A stretch of DNA of 64,000 bases from Orbicella franksi (GCA_964199315.1 OZ116698.1:24056001-24120000), one strand, 5' to 3'. Counted from the first letter of the stretch, positions 36,001 to 46,762 are shown. Made by a program: numbers and translations. The notes: generated by a model from the letters alone, not told the origin.

Positions 36001-39000
36001 GTGTTGCTTGTGATGACAATGATAAGTGCACACGTAAAGACACCTGTCGCAATGGCCAGTGTACTGCCACTCCTTTCACTTGTAACTCTGTGTGTCAGTA
36101 CTGTAATGGCAACAGCTGCAGTCTGAAAACCGGATTTGGATTGCTGAACAACAAATGCATGTGCAAGATAGCAGGTAACTACATTGTATCATAGTTAATG
36201 GTTTGAACCCCCGTAGTTCGTCTAGTGTGATCGTCCGGTTACGGGTAGTTCTGAAAAGAACTATTGTCGGGGACTGACGTTTCGACAACCTGAGCGGAAG
36301 TCATCTTCAGAGTCAAGTGAATAGTGTTTGTCAGTCGATGATGTTATAAGTCTTGTCCTTTAAAAGTGATCGTTAGTTTAGCCGTGATGGTATTGGCAGC
36401 ATGACTCGTGTAAAGTTTGTCATCAGTCATTGGTCGGTTTCGATCCGTCTATTGTTAGTTAAGTTCGTCGGTTTTTGGTCTGTTTACTTTACACGAGTCT
36501 TTCAGCCATCTTATCTAAACTGACCAATCACTTTCAACGGACCAGACTTATAACATCATTGACTGACAAACACTATTCACTTGACTCTGAAGATGACTTC
36601 CGCTCAGGTTGTCAAAGCGTCAGTCCCCAACAACAATTCTTTTCAGAACTATCCTCACCCGGACGATCACACTATACAAACTAACTACACTGTGTTAAAG
36701 TGTTACTGTTGTTATATCCCATCAACAGCTTCTTACTTAACCTGTCGTACAAAATACACACATGTATACACACACTCTATGCAGATGTAATTACCATGCC
36801 ACACCATTATATCGGTATACAAAAATGAATGTTTTTTGTAAATTCAGTTTTTCGTTTACAGGTCAGGACTATGGTCATCAGACCCTAAATCCTTCAAACA
36901 AGTGTCAATGGTGCGACTTGTATGATGCAACAGCCCGTGCTAACAGTGCCTGGTCCAAGCGTCCCACAGTCCCATGTGACGATACAAACAAATGCACTAA
37001 ACAGGACACCTGCAAAGCTGGCAGGTATATGTCACTGCCTTGTGTTTTCCAATTTATTGAGTGTACGGTCATGGCAATGATAATCCTCAGCAGTGTTCAT
37101 AGTTAATCAAATTGTCTCTTGAAGTTACATATCTTTTATCTATAATTCATGTATGTATGCATACATTTAAAATATGTTTTGATGGATTACTTATACATTT
37201 GTTGTCTAATAGTGCAGAGTACAGTATAACTCCTATCTCTGAGGGGAAATTGGGGTGGGTATTTGGAGGTACCCGTTGTATCCCCAATTAAATCAATCTG
37301 TTATGGATCTTGAACAAAATCAATTTTCTCTAGGATGGTGCACAATCAGTGACACATTGTTAGTACAGTGGCCGTTAAATTGTCCTTCCTCTGACTCCCA
37401 CCTTTTAGTGCTGTTAAGAAACTGAAATGCATTGAACAAGGAGTTCAGGTACATTGCGTTATCCAGCTTTGGGTGAAGGAAAGAAGACGTGTGTACCAAC
37501 GACTAATGACAGTGATTGTAGATCCTTGCAAAAACCTTTACAATATTCCAAGATCCTAGAAGAGAATTTTTGAGAATAATCAGTAATAGTTGAAGACCCG
37601 AACGAATTGTGAATACATGCATATTTCTCAACGATTCATATGAATTTGAGTTAATCATTGATCACTGCTTTTATTGATACTCTGTTCACTTCATGTTTTC
37701 AGTTTGTAAAGCTAAAAGTTAAATTTATCTGTTGTCTGTTTCAGATGTTCAGGGGTGGGATATTCTTGTCAATCGTCTTTCCCTTCATCAAGTTGTATCA
37801 GGACTTCTAAGTGTGTTGGTGATGGAACTTGCACTTTTATTATGAGGCCAAAAGGGACTATATGTCGATCTGCTGTTGACGTCTGTGATCAGCCAGAGAG
37901 GTAGGAGTTAAGAAAAATAAACCAAATAAAGAGCATTGCACTGCGCCCAGGGTAAAGAATCACAAACAATGTGTATTCTTAGTTTCTAAAGCCTCTAATG
38001 GGTATAGGAAAATCAATTATGAAAATTAAACCAAGAGAAGCAGGATTTATTGTGGTAGTTATACATGTGTCATTTACATTCGCCATAATTATACTGGAAC
38101 TCCTTGCAAATGACATGACACGCCACTCAAAAAATTTGGTTAATGTTTTACATCTTTTTTGACATGTACATGTAATGTGCATCAATTTTTGCGTCACGCG
38201 GATTCCGTCAAAATCTAGACATGAGGGCGATCGTCGTGGACCCATTTTCACTCTACTTTGCGGAGGTTATAATTATTTTCAAGAGAGCATACTTACAGCT
38301 CTCCTTTGCAGCTAAGTAAGGCAATTGCACCATCTCAATCACCTAGACCATCGTGCAAAGTTACTCAGCTGCTGAGGCATAGCATGGGCACAGCTCCAAC
38401 GCACCCACACTAAAGCATGGTTTGTTTATATTTTTTGCTCACTTGAAATGAATTTCTTGTGTATTTACAATGTGTTAATTGTGTTATTACATGTAAGGTG
38501 CAATGGTATTCTTGGAACTTGCCCTGGAGCAGTGACAGATAGTATTGTTTTGAAGACTGGCAACTTGCAAATGATGGACTCCAAGTTCAAGTCGCCTAGC
38601 ACCTACCAGTATATCTCAAGCAGATTATTTTTAAAGATATCTGGATTTTCAGTATCATGTGGCCAAATTAATCTAAGATGGTCCATTCTGCAAGGAAGTT
38701 CTCCTTGCTCTTTTAATTCACCGGTCAGTGGTACTCTGCCAAACACCAATGTATACCAGACCATAACTGGGCTAAAGCTTCAGGATAATACAACCTACAA
38801 AGTCTCCCTAAAAGCGTCTGACCTGAGAGACAAAATACATCAACTCGTTTGTAGCGGTATAATAATCGTGGATACGTCAAAGCCACAAGGTGGGTGGATA
38901 CGTGATGGGCCTGGATCCGACCTGAGTTACCAAGCCTCCACGTTGTTGCAGGTGAACTGGGGTGGAGTGAAAACAAGACATGGGGTTGGAAAGTACGAGT

Positions 39001-42000
39001 GGAAGGTGATTCTCAAGTCATTTAAAAGCAATAATACCAGCGAGTTAATGCGTTTTACCAACGTAAATTTAAGCACTAACGCAAGGAAAAAATTCAGCAA
39101 CTTGGCAGATGGTTCAGAAGTGAAATTTGTTGTTCGAGCTTTCACAAAAGCGGGCCTGTTTTCTGACTTCTTAAGTGATGGAGTTGTCATTGATACCTCA
39201 CCACCAGTAGCTTGCAAGATATACGATGGGAATCAACTTGGCGCAGACGTGAAATATGCCAAATGGACCAGTACGTTCAGTGCAAACTGGGACCGTTTCA
39301 CTGATGCACATTCTCCCATTTCACGATACACTTGGGCGGTACAGCGGCAAGGTGCCGGACTCATTACTTCATTTAAGGACACAGCACTAAACCGCTCTCC
39401 TACAGTAACTAACCTAAACCTAGTTTCTAAAGAAAGCTACTGCGCAGTCGTCAGAGGTTATAACGAAGCTGGACTCTACAATCAAGTAAGTTCAGACTGT
39501 GTGCTAATAGACCATGATGCTCCACAAGCTGGCTCCGTTAACGATGGACATTTCAGTGATGTAGACTTCCAATCAGATGACACCATGATAGCAACGAACT
39601 GGAATGGATTCACAGACGGGAACAAAGGAAGTGGAATCGTAGAATACAAGTACAAGATATCAGACAACAGTGGAAATATAATTGTTCTTTGGACATCAGC
39701 GGGAAATGCAACGAACATTACACGTAACGGGTTGACTTTGAAGAATGGCACAAAGTATTTTGTCACTGTTAGAGCGGTTGATGCAGTTGGTCTAAGCACT
39801 GACGTCACCACTGACGGCATTACCGTGGATACGACCCACCCAGTGTTTACAGGAAAAGTTATAGTAACAGGAGAAAGCGACTTCATAAATGGAACACCTT
39901 GTGTCTACATACCAAGTGTATCGTCAGTAACGGTGCAGTGGGTTGGTTTCTCCGATGCACACAGCGGACTTGTACGATATGACTGGGCTATCATCCCTTC
40001 AGACACGTCTCCATCAAACTCTGACTTCAGTGCTGTACCAGGTTCTAATCTGCCAACATCCGCGACATTCAGTAATCTCGCGCTAACTCAAGGCAAAGGT
40101 TACCACATCATTATAAGAGCCTACAATGGTGCTAAATTGTGGAAAGACGCTTATTCAGTCCCCGTTATACCTGATTCCACTCCTCCTTCACCAGGAAACG
40201 TATTTGATGGACCAATGTCCGAAGTAGACATCGACTATCAGGCAAACGTCAAAGAAGTTTATGGTTCTTGGACCAAGTTCCCGGAGCCACACATTGAAGT
40301 TAAGCAGTACTATTATGCTGTAGGAAGCTGCATAAACGGAAACTATCATGTAACCGGAAATGGATTCGTTCGACTTGATCCTCCAAAAGCAACTTCGTTT
40401 ATGTTAGCAAACGTTACACTGGTTAACGGCCAGCGTTACTGCATTAAGATCAAGGCTGAAAACAAGGCTGGGCTGATTAGTTCTGAAGTGTCTTCGGATG
40501 GCTTCGTCGTGGACGTGACATTTCCGAATGTACACCTGGCTCAAGTGCATGATGGAAACAAAGGTATTGATCTCGATTATCAAGCCAATACCACAGCACT
40601 GTCAGCAGCATGGGATGGTTTCGTGGACCCCGAGTCTGGAATCCAGTATTATGAATATGGAGTGAGCCGAAGTCGTGGTGGTACACCAAATGTCTCTCCA
40701 TTTCAAAGCGCTTTTCTGAACACTTCAGTTACTGTGAGTGGCCTATTATTGTCTGATGATGTGTATTACTTCATAGTCTGTGCTGTGAACAATGCCGAAC
40801 TTCGAAAATGCAAAAGTTCTGATGGTGTTCTCATTGACCTGACTCTCCCAAGTCATGGTGTGGTGCATGATGGGATTATCGAACCAGATAGAAAGTACCA
40901 GTCTTCCCTGTCAAGCATGGCTGCAAACTGGGAAGGAATATGGGACTTAGATAGTGGTGTTGAGAAATTCGATTGGAGTATTGGAACAAGTGAGCATGAG
41001 AAAACCAGTATTCAAGGGTACACTGACGCTGGTCTTTCAACACATGTCAGAAGTCAAAGAGTTCTCCGTTTAGTAAGTGGGACAAAGTACTATGTGCATT
41101 TGAAAGTGACAAACCAGGCTGGATCAGTCAGGGAACTCGTTTCAGATGGCGTTATAGCGGATGGAACTCCACCAATACCAAGCACAATCCGTCCTGGATT
41201 TGGGTTCCAAAGTGATTGGAAATACAGCGAGCAAGAGGATGTTTTCTACTCCGCTACTGCATCAAGTATTGCAGTTTACTGGAAAAGATTCTCCGAACCT
41301 GAGAGTGAAGTTTGGTACTACAAGTGGGCCATAGGTACAAGCAAATGTGGCACTCAAGTTCAACCACTCGTTAACATCGGCCAAGTTAATTATGCTAACA
41401 CAACAATGACAGACTTGGTCTTCAGATCAGGAGTGAAATATTACGTCACTGTGATTTCCAGGAACAAAGCTGGTCTCGTGTCACAAGCATGCTCTGATGC
41501 ACTTGTCTTTGACAGCACCCCACCAATTCCAGGAAACGTTTATGTTGGGCAACCATCAAGCAGGAATGGTGAGAAGACCTTTATCAGTAACAACGATGTG
41601 ACTATTTTGTGGAAAGAATTCGAAGATCAAGAAAGTGGAGTACGAAGATGCAATATTTCAGTCCTTGACCAAACTGGAAATATTGTCTTCTCTACGATGA
41701 GAAATACGTCATCAGGCAATATGACATTGCCTGGCAACATTAACTTAACTCATGGCGAATACAATGCCAGCGTAGAATGCACGAACAATGCAGACCATGT
41801 ATCGTCGTCGTCTTTAGTATTTGTTATCGATAACACCCCCCCCATCGAGACTGGTCCTATTATAGCAGGTGTGTCACGTGATCACTCTTTCCAATACCAG
41901 TCAGACACAAGTTCAGTTACTGTATCATGGCCTTCATTTATAGACCTTGAAAGTGGTATAGAGAAGTATTATTTTTCCATTGGCACCAAGCCTTACCAAG

Positions 42001-45000
42001 ACGACGTGGTAAGTTTTGAAGACGTAGACTTGGCCACTCGAATAACCAAGATGGACCTCGGTCTTTTCCATGGGGCTACGTACTTCATCACAGTTAAAGC
42101 AACAAACCTGGCTGGATTAAGCACCAAAATTTCGTCACTTGGTCTCATGATAGACACGACTTCGCCTCTTGCTGTGAACGATGATATCCAAGACGGTTCA
42201 GGTGACAAAGATGTTGATTATTTCTCCCCTGGTGAGGGATTATCGGCACATTGGGAAACGATTAAAGATCCCGAAAGTGGCATCATTCAGAGCGAGTATT
42301 GCTTGGGGACTAAACCTCGAGGCTGTCAGATTAAGCCAATGACAAACATTGGAACCAACAAATCCTTTATGTGCCCAAAATGTATCACACAAGAGGAAGA
42401 GAGGGTATTCGTAACAGTGCGTGTGACTAATGGCGCTGGTCTGTCTCGAACATTTACCTCTGATGGAATGCTGCTGGATGCCAGCCCTCCAGTAATGGGA
42501 GAGGTTATTGATGGAAGTCACGTAACTGGATGTGACTACAATGTTGTGTTGGAGGATTGGAATGTTGCTATGTCTTGGTTTGGTGTAGAGGATGGCGAAA
42601 GTGGCGTTCGTTCATGCAGGTGGACCATTGAAAACGCCGATGGAATCGCTTTGTTTGAAAAGAAGATAACCAAGGTTTCTATTTATGAGAAGAGAAAGGT
42701 TTTTTCAGACAACCAAACATACAGAAATCTGCAGCTCATTAGAAACGTGACTTACCATAATGTGTTGAGTTGCTTGAATAAAGCAGGGTTGCAAGCTACT
42801 GTGCGGTCTAATGGTTTCCAGGTAGAATCTGTTTGGCCTATTCCAGCTCCTGTTCGAGATGGCGCGGTACCAGAGATAGATCTTGTTTATCTAACCAATA
42901 CCAAAACAGTTGGGGCCAACTGGGATGCTTTTTATGCGGATAACAAGGATCCTGTTGTCGACTATGAGATGGCTATCGGGACGGTTATAGGCAAAGAAGA
43001 TGTTCTTCACTTCACAAGTGTTGGCCTGACGAGGACTGTTAAAAAGGACTTGGCCCCAAATATTCCAGATCTTGATGTTTTAGAGGCTGGTAAAATGTAT
43101 TACGTAACCATTAAAGCTAAGACCTTATGTAGTCTAAGTTCCACACAACATTCGGATGGATTCATAGTAGATCCTAGCCCACCAGTGAAGGCAGAATTTT
43201 TGGTGTCACATAGAGTGGTCGATCAAGGTATGCAAACTATTGAAATAAGTGTCTCCTGGAATGGCGTTAAAGACGACGAAAGTGGCGTAAGCAGCAATGG
43301 ATATTGCCTTGGAACAACTACTCGCACTTGTAGGAGTGGCTTTGTGTTGGCAAGTGCCTCTACCTCTGGAACTATTGGCCCTTTCAGACCTGATCCACGG
43401 GCGGAATATTTCGTTACGGTTATTGTTGTAAATGGGGCTGGTCTGAAAACAGTCATGTCATCAAAGGAGCTAGTTTTTGACACCACACCCCCATCTACAG
43501 GTAGTGTGAATGATGGCGCTGGCCATGACATCGATTTTGTGAATTCTACGAATTTCTTGTCTATCCATTGGGGAGGAATTGAGGATGAAGAGTCCGGGGT
43601 TGCTTCCTGTTCATTGGCACTGATCGAGCAGTCAGCTTCACATGACAGATCCGTATTTGGAAATGATTCTGTTGTGTTGACAACAGCCGTGGAACGCGAA
43701 GGGAACCTCACTCAAGCAAATCTTAGTCTTGCCCCAGGCGCTCGCTACATCAGTGAAATCACGTGCTCCAATGGTGATGGCTTCAGTAGCACTTCTTCCT
43801 CTGATGGTGTCATTGTAGATATCAGTCCACCTAATGCTGGTGTGGTTCAGGATGGATCATCTCTGCTAGCTGACGTTGATTATCAGTCGTCAACATCTGT
43901 GGTAGAAGCAGTATGGAATCCCTTTGAAGACCTAGAAAGTGGAATCGTGGAATATCGCTGGGGCCTAGGAACCACTCCTGATGACACGGACGCTATGAAT
44001 TTTACGGCTGTAGGAAGGATAACATCGGGGAAGGCAGAAAACTTGCTACTAACCCATGACGTGCGGTATTACGTCACTGTTGAGGCCGCAAATGGCGCTG
44101 GGATGACAACACGTGGTTGGTCTAGTGGTTTCGTAGTCGATATCACTCCCCCTGAATTAACCGAGGTAAATGCATTTCATTTTTTGCCACCAAAGACTGA
44201 AGAACTTTTTACTGATACTAAGGTGAACAGCTTTGCCTAAATTTGCACTTAACACACAAAATAATTGAAATGTTAGTTTAAAGAACTTAGTAACTTGTCC
44301 AACTCAAGAAATTTTTTTGAGAGTCACAAGTGCAACTTTTGTTACTTGAAGTTATACCGGCAGGTCTTTTTTGCAGGGTGCAGGTTGCAGGTTGAAATTT
44401 AATTCTAACTGGAAATCCACTGGCACTAAAAATAATTAATAACCTATACACTCGTCAGGGGTTCTTACATAAAGTAGTTCGCCTCTTTCACATAGTGATA
44501 ACACGCTGTTATTAATTTTGAGGCCTTTTTTGGCAATCTTCTAACTTGTTACGCCGTGTACAGAAACCAGAGACTTCGTACGCTTCCCAACATGTTTGTG
44601 ATCGCACTTGGTGTGAGCGATGTTCTCTTGTCCATCGAAAACACGATCGATCCGCTATAAGTACTTATCGATCGACGCGCTGAGACCAGTGAAATCTCTT
44701 CAAAGTCATCTGGGTGGCTGCTCCACAGATGTTTCCATCGATTCCAGATTTGGCTCGGGTCTTCCCTCAACAACAGAAGATTGCCATCACAAATGAAGCA
44801 AATAAATAAAGAAATGAAATAATATAAGATTTTAACCGACGGAATATACTAGCACAAGCTCAGTGTGCTTTCATTTTGGTACTCACAGTGAAGAAACCAA
44901 ATTCAGCAGATATTTCAGATGATATTTCAGATGTTTCTTCAAAAACAATAATTCATTGCAGGCTTAAAATCATAGGAATATACTCTCCTACCATCGCTAC

Positions 45001-46762
45001 GGCCGGTTTGGCACTTAGTAGAAGCCACCTTTCTGAGCGACTGTAAACAGCGTCATGTAACAGTCACGGTAAGTCTACCACCTGTACGTCTCTTTTAAGT
45101 GCGAGTGGTTTTCCAGTTATAATTAAATTTCAACCTGCAACCTGCAACCTGCACCCTGCAAAAAAGACCTGCCGAAGTTATACATGTACTTTCGTGATTT
45201 TATTCATCGTTCTCCACTCACGCAATTCTTAGCAAACAATACTACAGTATCAGCGGACGTGTGAAGGGATCGTGAAGAGATTCTTTCCGTGTCAAAAGCA
45301 CGGAGACCAAACTTGAAAACACAGTATTCAGAGGGGTTTGAAATCTCGAGGTATTCAGTTGGTTCGTACTATGTATTATGTAGTGTGCTATTTCGTAACC
45401 TTTAAGGATGCAGTACCTAAAGTGGTTAATACATTTTGGAAAGGCACAGAAAACGTTGTCAAAATGTTGAAGGGGTCATTAATTTTAACATCTGTAAATT
45501 TAACGTCACTTTTTCCAATGAACAATTGTTTGATTTGTTTTGGGATTTTTTTTGTCTGCCTCTTTTACCAATTGCGTAATGAAACGGTTTCGATTAAACT
45601 AAGTTTCACACGTTCTTGTCCTGACAGGTCGCGGCTGGTTCAAGACTTTGGATTGGCCCGACAGACTTACTGCATTCCTCGTGGAAGTCACAAGACCTCG
45701 AAAGCGGGATATCCAAAACAGAATTTTGCGTTGGAACTTTGCCTGTCGGATGCCAGATTAAATCCATGAGCGAAATACTCCCAAACGCAACGGACGTGAA
45801 ATGTAGTGACTGCCGTTTGAGTCATTATGGGACGTATTACCTTAGTATAAGAGTAACAAATGGTGCTGGCCTTTTTACAGTGATCGCGACAAACGGGACC
45901 AAAGTCGATCTGACGGCTCCTTTCCTCGGTGATGTTGTTCCGCAGTTCACCGTCACGTCATGCATCACCAATTGTACCCTGGCTTCAAATATCACAGGCG
46001 TCCAGGATCATGAAAGCGGTGTCGGTGTGTGCAGCTATGCCATAAGAAACAGTACTGACTTTGTTACCGACTTTGTAGATAATGGCTTGAGCACGACTGT
46101 GGAGGCCTCAGGACTACAGTTGCTGCCTGGACAAAGCTATTACACCGTGGTGAGATGCAAAAACAATGTTGGGCTCAGCACGGAGAGCGTGTCTTCTCCA
46201 GTCATTGTTGACAATACACCACCTTCGAAGGTACATTCAATCATTTGGACACTGTTTAAACACTTTACGTAACTGAATCTAGAAAGGAAGAGAATTCATC
46301 ACTTTTGTACCCTTATAGAACCCACCACTGTGAAGCTCGCATCCTCTCATCCCTTCACTTTCTCTTGTCATTTTTTAGGGCTCGGTAATTGTGAGTGAAG
46401 ACCGTACGCATGACGTCTTTGGCATACATTCCAGCTGCCACCTCTTCAACAAAACCCTAAGGGCTCACTGGCATGGTTTTCACGACGAAGAATCCGAGAT
46501 AAGCGGCTTTCGTGTTGCAGTTGGAAAACAACCGAACGTAACCGACGTCTTGCTCTTCCAAGAAGTTGGCTTGGTGACAAACGTTAGTCTGTCTTTCACC
46601 AACATCAGCACGTTGTTTGATGGTGACATCGTTTACGTGACAGTTGAATCACGCAACGGCGTAGGCTTGGTCACTCAAAGTTCGTCACCTCCTACAAGGT
46701 TGATTGCAGCTGACAGTGAGGAGTATATGAGAGAAGGAGATTTTTACTGTCTGAATTTTTAA
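17581..46762 (+). CDS. Giant secreted multidomain protein, about 2752 aa: SP, Arg8/Pro, TSP1, EGF, cbEGF, Cys-rich repeats, disintegrin-like motif, about 20 FN3-like repeats
   Basis: join(17581..17962,29232..29416,32560..32808,34623..34871,35955..36174,36862..37024,37745..37900,38498..44165,45628..46230,46379..46762) = 8259 nt. All junctions are GT-AG with matching phases, there is one open frame, and the stop is TAA 46760-46762. Confidence 0.85.
18241..18453. mobile_element. MITE with TAGACTGCAAAAC terminal inverted repeat
   Basis: TAGACTGCAAAACAGTCGT...ACGAGTGTTTTGCCGTCTA; a related longer copy lies at ~21411-22495. Confidence 0.7.
18896..20125. mobile_element. Non-autonomous TIR element with subterminal (CGAATAG)n / (CTATTCG)n arrays
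   Basis: TIR GGGGTGTCTGGAAAACC / GGTTTTCCAGACACCCC; heptamer arrays in inverted orientation at each end; possible 7-bp TSD ATTTTGT/ATTTCGT. Confidence 0.75.
20265..20435. repeat. Palindromic (hairpin) interspersed repeat
   Basis: ATGCGTCTGTCCTCTTATTGA...CATTGTCAAAGT - loop - ACTTTGACAATG...TCAATAAGAGGACAGATGCAT; second copy at ~51310-51515. Confidence 0.7.
21226..23747 (-). mobile_element. Non-autonomous Helentron (Helitron2/HINE-type), copy A, with an internal MITE
   Basis: Same termini and interior as 57228-59145; inserted in an A-run (T-run on the minus strand) with no TSD; terminal hairpin at 23720-23747. Confidence 0.75.
21411..22495. mobile_element. Longer member of the TAGACTGCAAAAC MITE family with an internal ~105-bp tandem duplication
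   Basis: 21411-21630 and ~22390-22495 align with the two halves of 18241-18453. Confidence 0.55.
24248..24321 (-). pseudogene. tRNA-Gly(GCC)-like sequence (pseudo-tRNA or SINE head)
   Basis: A box TGGCGCAGTGG, anticodon loop CTTGCCAT, B box GGTTCGATT; acceptor and T stems do not pair. Confidence 0.5.
24322..25149. mobile_element. MITE with long TIRs and 9-bp TSD (MULE-like)
   Basis: TIR GGGTTGGTACATTTCG(G/C)TGACCCCTAGTCC with CCATGGACTAC subrepeats; TSD ACGGCAACC at 24313-24321 and 25150-25158. Confidence 0.85.
27270..27425. mobile_element. Degenerate AATAGGCCATTTCCGAGTT-family MITE
   Basis: Similar to 47070-47239; right TIR decayed. Confidence 0.5.
28187..28640. mobile_element. Interspersed repeat (MITE-like) with CCCTATTTATGACC subrepeats
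   Basis: A reverse-complement copy lies at ~52174-52593; G/C-run termini. Confidence 0.65.
29232..29416 (+). CDS. Giant gene exon 2: calcium-binding EGF and start of Cys-rich repeat
   Basis: (D)[26 protein letters not shown]...NPWNRCQ; TTCTAG acceptor, GTATG donor. Confidence 0.9.
30130..31064. mobile_element. Non-autonomous TIR element (TTAA-flanked on the left, Kolobok-like) hosting a SINE
   Basis: TTAA-GGTCACTCCAAAAA ... TTTTTGGAGTGATC; subterminal TTTCAGCCTCT(A)AAGTGC inverted copies; right TSD degenerate. Confidence 0.55.
30157..30451. mobile_element. tRNA-derived SINE in head-to-head palindromic form
   Basis: 30161-30402 is a near-perfect inverted repeat, each arm with B box GGTTCGAATCC; 11-bp TSD CGTATATTTTT at 30145-30155 and 30452-30462. 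Confidence 0.8.
32560..32808 (+). CDS. Giant gene exon 3: Cys-rich repeat (249 nt, phase 0-0)
   Basis: [37 protein letters not shown]...PGYPCQ; AG/GT boundaries. Confidence 0.85.
32886..33405. repeat. Interspersed repeat with terminal palindrome and degenerate GAAGATT-type minisatellite
   Basis: Internal inverted repeat at ~32895-33035, followed by CCGAAGATTT-like low-complexity units. Confidence 0.5.
34623..34871 (+). CDS. Giant gene exon 4: Cys-rich repeat (249 nt, phase 0-0)
   Basis: [37 protein letters not shown]...PGNPCQ; paralogous to exon 3. Confidence 0.85.
35955..36174 (+). CDS. Giant gene exon 5: Cys-rich repeat
   Basis: [43 protein letters not shown]...; AG/GT boundaries, phase 0-1. 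Confidence 0.85.
36272..36314 (-). ncRNA. Minimal hammerhead ribozyme, intact core
   Basis: Minus strand GACT-CTGAAGA-T-GAC...GTC-GAAA-C-GTC-AGTC. Confidence 0.75.
36583..36625 (+). ncRNA. Minimal hammerhead ribozyme with mutated core
   Basis: GACT-CTGAAGA-T-GAC...GTC-AAAG-C-GTC-AGTC; the invariant GAAA is changed to AAAG. Confidence 0.6.
36862..37024 (+). CDS. Giant gene exon 6: Cys-rich repeat
   Basis: [19 protein letters not shown]...[24 protein letters not shown]; phase 1-2. Confidence 0.85.
37745..37900 (+). CDS. Giant gene exon 7: Cys-rich segment with disintegrin-like motif
   Basis: CSGVGYSC...[16 protein letters not shown] continuing into exon 8 CNGILGTCP, which resembles the ADAM disintegrin motif GTxCR...CDLPExCxG...CP; phase 2-2. 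Confidence 0.8.
38498..44165 (+). CDS. Giant gene exon 8 (5668 nt): tandem FN3-like repeats
   Basis: Uninterrupted ORF with recurring D-x-T/S-PP-x-x-G-x-V-x-DG...D-x-DYQ...W-x-x-F-x-D-x-ESGI-x-x-Y-x-W-x-IGT...Y-x-V-x-V-x-A-x-N-x-AGL units; donor GTAAA after GAG at 44165. Confidence 0.92.
44358..45174. mobile_element. Non-autonomous TIR element with 9-bp TSD (MULE-like) carrying a GPCR fragment
   Basis: TIR CGGCAGGTCTTTTTTGCAGGGTGCAGGTTGCAGGTTG / reverse complement; TSD AAGTTATAC at 44349-44357 and 45175-45183. Confidence 0.85.
44505..44636 (+). pseudogene. Captured class A GPCR TM1-TM2 fragment
   Basis: [44 protein letters not shown]: GN (N1.50), ICL1 RLRT, N-x-F...L-x-x-SD (D2.50). Confidence 0.8.
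45628..46230 (+). CDS. Giant gene exon 9: FN3-like repeats
   Basis: [10 protein letters not shown]...[15 protein letters not shown]...DHESGVG...VDNTPPSK; phase 0-0. Confidence 0.88.
46379..46762 (+). CDS. Giant gene exon 10: last FN3-like repeat and stop
   Basis: [12 protein letters not shown]...[19 protein letters not shown]...DFYCLNF*; no hydrophobic TM segment. Confidence 0.88.
   Translation, partial: GSVIVSEDRTHDVFGIHSSCHLFNKTLRAHWHGFHDEESEISGFRVAVGKQPNVTDVLLFQEVGLVTNVSLSFTNISTLFDGDIVYVTVESRNGVGLVTQSSSPPTRLIAADSEEYMREGDFYCLNF

Larger units (their letters stand above)
36214..36683. mobile_element. PLE-derived non-autonomous hairpin element with two hammerhead motifs (intron 5)
   Basis: 36214-~36355 is the reverse complement of ~36545-36683; each arm contains GACT-CTGAAGA-TGAC...GTC-GAAA-C-GTC-AGTC. 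Confidence 0.8.

Noticed and set aside
38448-38497. Hydrophobic N-terminus [16 protein letters not shown] of the 1930-aa ORF as a signal peptide of a stand-alone gene
   Set aside because: It lies upstream of an AG acceptor at 38496-38497 whose phase matches exon 7 and completes the CDQPERCNG motif, so it is intronic read-through.
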